From a virus, in the IMG/VR virus record IMGVR_UViG_3300020442_000015, positions 1 to 64,000 of that record: DNA of 64,000 bases. The stretch is one strand, 5' to 3'. The translations under genes were made by a program, and so were the position numbers. Under the pieces are notes generated by a model, which searched no databases, was not told the DNA's origin, and saw only the letters and a list, made by a program, of their open reading frames with translations. Below, piece after piece: positions 59,193-64,000 of this stretch. The first letter of the stretch is position 1. Each line of letters opens with the position of its first letter.

Positions 59193-59233
59193 TCCTAAGT
59201 AGTCCAGTTCTGCACATTATTGCCGACAATCTG

Positions 59234-59428
59234 ATGGGTCGCACTTACAAACGCAATGACACGTATAGGTCAAATAGACCGAAATCTTTGAGGGAAAAAC
59301 GATCAACAAGAACCCGCACTAAGTATGATCAATTCAATGACACATACAAGGGTGAACAACACAATCGAACAAACAGTAAGCAACAACTAGACAACAATGA
59401 TTTCGACGGAGATGTATTCAATGGTTGA
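59234..59428 (+). CDS. Basic hypothetical protein
   Basis: MGRTYKRN; downstream of a promoter. Confidence 0.6.
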   Translation: MGRTYKRNDTYRSNRPKSLREKRSTRTRTKYDQFNDTYKGEQHNRTNSKQQLDNNDFDGDVFNG

Positions 59429-59563
59429 CCCTAATGAGTATCAACAACTAGACAACGATTGGATAGATGAATTCCTCGAAGATGACTCGGATGATGTCTT
59501 TGAAGATCTCGAATTTGATGATCAATCAGGGGGAGATATTGACATCGATTACACTACACAAGA

Positions 59564-59752
59564 ATGAAACGATTTGAGTTCTTATGTGAACTAATGGAGG
59601 CACAATCTCTGCCTCCTTCGGAGTTAGTGGAGTGGGCACAATTTGTGCTTGACACTGAGATCGAACCGTGGTACACTAAGTATCATAAACTATTAGATTA
59701 TTGCGTCTCGGAGGGTATGTGCTACCACGTGCAATCCTCTGAGGGTTATTGA
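59564..59752 (+). CDS. Hypothetical protein
   Basis: ORF. Confidence 0.55.
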   Translation: MKRFEFLCELMEAQSLPPSELVEWAQFVLDTEIEPWYTKYHKLLDYCVSEGMCYHVQSSEGY

Positions 59753-59870
59753 CATTTTTCGCATATTAAAAAGGGACCCGCTCTGCAACCTACAACAGTA
59801 TAGGGTCGCATATATTATCGAAAACGCATTTATGGGTCCCCCCATATACAAAATTTTTTTCTGGTAAAAA

Positions 59871-60296
59871 ATGACCAAAAGAGTCCGTTTAGCATTTGAG
59901 GAAGAGTATTCTGAGTTCCTCGGAAGGGAGTGGGGAGGACAACGAGGAGGTGGGTGTTTCCGCCTGCTGTATGACGTTGGAATCGCTCTGGGCATCCACG
60001 AGTGTAAGGAAGACTATTCATTCAACCACCGAGCGTTCCTGAGGGACCTCTGGGAGGACGAAGGATGGGAGGTGTTCAGGGAATCAGAGATGGGTGAGCA
60101 GTTCGACCTCGGAGATTTGAAAAAATGGGATGTGTTGCTGATGAACCTCGGCAGCAATCGGTTAAATCACGGGGCACTGTACTTAGGGGATGGTTATATC
60201 TTACATCACAAAGCATTCGATATTAGTCGCGTGGAAAAAGTTCAAACATACATAGCTTCAACAATGTATGTTATTAGGAAACGGGATGTCTCGTAG
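59871..60296 (+). CDS. NlpC/P60 (C40) family peptidase
   Basis: GCFRLL catalytic Cys; DVLLM...NHGALYLGDG.ILHH. Confidence 0.8.
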   Translation: MTKRVRLAFEEEYSEFLGREWGGQRGGGCFRLLYDVGIALGIHECKEDYSFNHRAFLRDLWEDEGWEVFRESEMGEQFDLGDLKKWDVLLMNLGSNRLNHGALYLGDGYILHHKAFDISRVEKVQTYIASTMYVIRKRDVS

Positions 60297-60447
60297 ATTT
60301 ATTCTTACGATTGACGAAGATGACCACGGCGATCTCTTTGTCACACTACCCGATGAGTTAACAGAAGAACTTGGATGGCTCATTGGGGATACACTACAAT
60401 ACCAAGTCGATGATGAAACCCTTGTTGTAACTAAACTGGATGAATAA
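60286..60447 (+). CDS. AbrB/MazE/SpoVT-like small DNA-binding protein (53 aa, not in track)
   Basis: GDLFVTLPDELTEELGWLIGDTL.Y.V....LVV. Confidence 0.7.
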   Translation: MSRRFILTIDEDDHGDLFVTLPDELTEELGWLIGDTLQYQVDDETLVVTKLDE

Positions 60448-60759
60448 ACTGACATTAGACCAGAAGAAACTGATCTTTGATGCTGTTCGTTACTATCAGA
60501 TGAATGCGATTGGACCTTTTAAGGAAAGACGCTATAATGAATGCGACAAGATTCTACAGCAACTTGAATCCTCCAGGAAGTTTTATGAAAAAGGCGAGTG
60601 CGACATCTAAGTGGGAGATCTCTCTCACTGATGAAGAGCGTAAACTTATCTGCAACTCAGGTAAGTGGGCTCTTATTTACAAGGCAGATGTTTGTGGTGG
60701 CAAGGAACTGGAGAAGGTACAAGCATTATGGCGTTCTATTCGTGAAAAACTAGGAGAGT

Positions 60760-61311
60760 ATGATGACAGTCCCTTCGTTGGAGGTAATTGACAATTTCTT
60801 GCCTGAAGATTTGTTCTACAAGATGCAAGAACAGATTTGTGGAGATCAATGTTTTCCTTGGTATCTGAATCACGCGAAGGTGATGCACGTTGCTCGTGCA
60901 TTTGATCCAGAACTACAAGCGAAGGAATTATACAACTGGCAAATGGTGCACAAGTTCTATGAGTTAGGTAGACCACAATCCCAGGAGTGGGAATACATCT
61001 TACCTCTCATTAACTACTTGCGACCTCGTGCCTTAATACGGATCAAAGGAAATTTGAACCATCACACGGATAGTATGATAGAGTATGACTATCACACAGA
61101 CTGTGGAGAGTATGGTATGAACGACTTTGAGGGGGCAACCACTGCGGTGTTCTATCTGAATACCTGCGATGGTTATACCTTCTTCAAGGACGGTACGAAG
61201 GTGAACTCGGTAGAGAACCGACTTGTTCGTTTCCCTGTTGATACACCACACGCTGGCACATCTACAACTGACCAGAAGTTTCGTTTTGTCCTAAATTTGA
61301 ATTATTTCTGA
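60760..61311 (+). CDS. 2OG-Fe(II) oxygenase
   Basis: YHTD, FYLNTCDGYT, NRLV.F....H, RFVLNLNYF. Confidence 0.88.
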   Translation: MMTVPSLEVIDNFLPEDLFYKMQEQICGDQCFPWYLNHAKVMHVARAFDPELQAKELYNWQMVHKFYELGRPQSQEWEYILPLINYLRPRALIRIKGNLNHHTDSMIEYDYHTDCGEYGMNDFEGATTAVFYLNTCDGYTFFKDGTKVNSVENRLVRFPVDTPHAGTSTTDQKFRFVLNLNYF

Positions 61312-61387
61312 TATATAAGGGGAAGTAAAACGGTTCTAGGGGCACCCCCCGCGAGCGTTTTCCCTATACTAATACATTAAACATACT

Positions 61388-62200
61388 ATGACATTTGGCA
61401 CAAACTTCGATCCAGACTACGATTACAATCCAAACTTCATACAACCAAAAGGCACCAGACAAAACACTGAACTAAAAGATATACTCGATATACCCTATAC
61501 AGTACCAGGAGAGCTAGTTACATCCCTACCTGGGGAGAAGTGGAAACTAGCGCGTGTAGTAGAATACGGTAAGGAGATTATCCTACCGTGGTATCACGTC
61601 AGTAACTTAGGGCGTGTGATTAGTCATATCCGCCATAACCGTACGCCATTGTATCGTTCGGGTAATCGGTGGGGTTATGACGAGAACCGTATCTGCAACG
61701 GTAAGATGAAGAAGTTCGGTTCACCTAATAAAGGGAGGAACGCAGCAGTTGAAGACTATCACTGGAAACTCTTCCTGAAGGTAGTGCACTGGGGTTTACT
61801 GGAACCAATCTGGTTGGATGAGGCAAAGACTAAACAGTCTGCTTCATCTGAAAGACAAGAGAAGGATCTACCTATCCATAGACTTGTCATTGACACCTGG
61901 GCACCTATCTACGAGGTGGATCCCGACATTCCTGCAGAGATGCTAGAAGCAATGAGATGGCACTCTATGCCTAAGGAAGGCAAACTGTGGATGAACCCTA
62001 TGTTTGAAGTTGATCATAGTGGTGAAGAACAGAACTCACTTGACAACAGAGTGCACAAACTTCGTCGTACTACTGGGGGCGACAACAACCGTGCGGCATT
62101 GATTGCACGTGGAGGTAGTCACGCTAATCCTATTCAGGCACGTGTCACGACTTCAAAACCCAAAGAAACCCCAACCCTCGAAACCTTTTTTGTAAAATGA
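61388..62200 (+). CDS. NUMOD4/HNH homing endonuclease-like protein
   Basis: EKWK, YHVSNLGRVIS, IHRLV, EVDH...N..DN. Confidence 0.7.
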   Translation: MTFGTNFDPDYDYNPNFIQPKGTRQNTELKDILDIPYTVPGELVTSLPGEKWKLARVVEYGKEIILPWYHVSNLGRVISHIRHNRTPLYRSGNRWGYDENRICNGKMKKFGSPNKGRNAAVEDYHWKLFLKVVHWGLLEPIWLDEAKTKQSASSERQEKDLPIHRLVIDTWAPIYEVDPDIPAEMLEAMRWHSMPKEGKLWMNPMFEVDHSGEEQNSLDNRVHKLRRTTGGDNNRAALIARGGSHANPIQARVTTSKPKETPTLETFFVK

Positions 62201-62451
62201 CCCAAACACCACCTGCTATTCCAGAATTTGAAACCTATGAGGAGGAGATTGAATGGAGATTCGGCAAGATCGCTGAGAGCATCAAGACTCTTGCGGAACG
62301 TAGTCAATCAACAGAAGCGTTCCTACAGAGGGGTGCTGATATGATTCAGTACAAGATCCCAGGTCACACTGAGTATTCAAACTTACGTCAGATCTTTGAC
62401 GATCTCTATTCCAGAATAAATACACTGGAAGAGAAACTTAACAGTGACTAA
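62197..62451 (+). CDS. Hypothetical coiled-coil protein
   Basis: YKIPG...FDDLYSRIN.LE. Confidence 0.65.
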   Translation: MTQTPPAIPEFETYEEEIEWRFGKIAESIKTLAERSQSTEAFLQRGADMIQYKIPGHTEYSNLRQIFDDLYSRINTLEEKLNSD

Positions 62452-64000
62452 TGCCAGCCTACATTATTGAAACTGGTCGTAGTTATCCGAATCCTGTAGA
62501 TTCTGAAGACTATGATAGAACCTATACATCTGATGAACATCCCTCCTTTGGAAGTGGTTATCAGATTGAGATTGAGGGCTCTGGACCAGGTTCATATGCA
62601 TTTGGCAGGGATGAAGTCTTCTATATTGGTGATCCTACCGAGACTTGTGTAGAGTTTTGCGATGCAGACCGTAGAGCGGTCTATCGTTTCTACAGTGGTC
62701 GTTGGGAGGATCATTTTTATTATCATAAGGAAAAGATTCCTAAGGACATTCCTCAAGAAAGAAAGAGATATAATATTGAACCTCGTAATGGACAAGACTA
62801 TTTTCAACTCAACAAGAGCAACGTATCTGGTTCTATTCCTGTGTATGTTGCTTGGAATGGGGGCGACAAAAATAGTTACCTTTCTACTTCTGGTGGACAG
62901 AAGTTGCTTGGATACGGGTTCCCAAGTGTATCTGCAGCAACCAGTGCGGGGGTAAGTTTCGTTAATGAGATGCCAACGGCACTCTATCACTATAGAAAGA
63001 ATGCAGATGGTGATGTTGATGACTTTTACACCATCAATCCTGCCAATGAAGTCAATTTATCTGGTGGACCTATCCCTCCAAGGGAAGCAAGGCAGGGTGA
63101 GTACGTCTACCAAGGCATTTTCTGCTATGTTTGGACTGGTGGAGCGCCTAGAAACCGTAAAAGAGTCGAAACATCGGGTAAAGCGTACAATACTGGCGAA
63201 GTTGACCGCAATGGGTGGTATCAATACAACCAAACTTGGTCAAAAGCACGTTATCACGACGAACCAGAGGCAACTCCTGCTCAAGAAGGGTGGGGTGACC
63301 CAAATAATGCGGAACTAATCAGTACAAATGCCAACTTTGAGTGGTTTTACGGCAAAAATGGTGCTGTCAAAGCGGCAATGCCAAGATTCCTTGGTTTTCA
63401 CGACTGTTTTGAGGGTCAATTTGTCTATTATCTGTATGATACGTCATTTCCCTTCAATGGTCCCATCTATGGTATCAACTTTACTACCACAGATGCTCCG
63501 TGTTGCCCTCAAAGAAGTCAAACACCGTGTGAACCCAATGTTAGGTACCACTCATTGTACTATGAGATGCGTCAAGACGCTTGGGTAACCAAGAGAACCT
63601 CAATGACAGTGGATAGCACTGAACACGGTAGTCAAGGAGACTCATTCTGGACTGTTGGTACAGATGAAGAGATGATCTTCTTCCGTTATACGTCTGCTAC
63701 TGGTGCTTTCCGTGTTGGGGAGACTCTCAACAACTGGACAATTATGAAAGTACGATACTTCGGTGATGAATTGAAGTGTGGTTATATGAAATTGTTCAAA
63801 GAGGGTAAAGCAAGGGGCAATGAATTCACCTATCTGCAGAATATCACATCAGATGATGGTGCAACTGCTTCAGTTTTGGCAGGATATGGTATCAAAGACA
63901 AGGTTGCGTTCTTTGGTGTGTATGAATTTCCCAAAAAACTGTCATATTACCGTGTAGAGATCGATAATAAGGCACTGATTCCAAAAAGAACGCTGGATGT
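62451..64000 (+). CDS. Large virion structural protein, 5' part (runs off the window; not in track)
   Basis: ATG 62451 in TAATG overlap; MPAYIIETGRSY...; ATAAATA near 62416; shares motifs with 725-4327. Confidence 0.75.
   Translation, partial: MPAYIIETGRSYPNPVDSEDYDRTYTSDEHPSFGSGYQIEIEGSGPGSYAFGRDEVFYIGDPTETCVEFCDADRRAVYRFYSGRWEDHFYYHKEKIPKDIPQERKRYNIEPRNGQDYFQLNKSNVSGSIPVYVAWNGGDKNSYLSTSGGQKLLGYGFPSVSAATSAGVSFVNEMPTALYHYRKNADGDVDDFYTINPANEVNLSGGPIPPREARQGEYVYQGIFCYVWTGGAPRNRKRVETSGKAYNTGEVDRNGWYQYNQTWSKARYHDEPEATPAQEGWGDPNNAELISTNANFEWFYGKNGAVKAAMPRFLGFHDCFEGQFVYYLYDTSFPFNGPIYGINFTTTDAPCCPQRSQTPCEPNVRYHSLYYEMRQDAWVTKRTSMTVDSTEHGSQGDSFWTVGTDEEMIFFRYTSATGAFRVGETLNNWTIMKVRYFGDELKCGYMKLFKEGKARGNEFTYLQNITSDDGATASVLAGYGIKDKVAFFGVYEFPKKLSYYRVEIDNKALIPKRTLD

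Noticed and set aside
58645-62200. HNH genes as intron- or intein-borne elements
   Set aside because: Both are free-standing; no interrupted gene or splicing motifs were recognised
62662-63588. Track ORFs 62662-62955, 62965-63318 and 63328-63588
   Set aside because: Out-of-frame overlaps of the long ORF starting at 62451

Overview
64 kb of a T4-like cyanophage (marine Synechococcus/Prochlorococcus myovirus), almost entirely on the + strand. Gene order: the 3' end of psbD and petF; a large virion protein; a replication/metabolism block (nrdC, rnh, thyX, phoH, exonuclease, gp33, gp32); baseplate/head genes (gp53 and gp48 on the - strand, then gp4, gp2, gp54-like, gp26/gp51, two tape-measure-like paralogs, gp27-like, gp5) with cp12 inserted among them; two cpeT lyases and tRNA-Thr; tail-fibre and glycine-rich genes followed directly by a flavin-dependent halogenase and a run of 2OG-Fe(II) oxygenases; a CpcS-type lyase; an early region of small genes with a repeated bipartite promoter motif, an SF2 helicase and a PvuII-like endonuclease; a non-coding region with three cyanobacterial DnaA boxes; HNH genes; and the start of another large virion gene. 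Strongest leads: (1) an orphan PvuII-like restriction endonuclease in a genome that appears purged of CATG and CCGG and keeps GGCC only where Trp-Pro forces it, suggesting self/non-self discrimination by site avoidance; (2) a T-TTT-TTC -1 frameshift joining gp26 to a start-less gp51 directly upstream of the tape-measure genes, like lambda G/GT; (3) a halogenase/oxygenase cluster coupled to Cys- and His-decorated polyglycine adhesin-like proteins; (4) a candidate DnaA-box/R-loop replication origin. All annotations come from manual motif recognition; no searches or counts were run.
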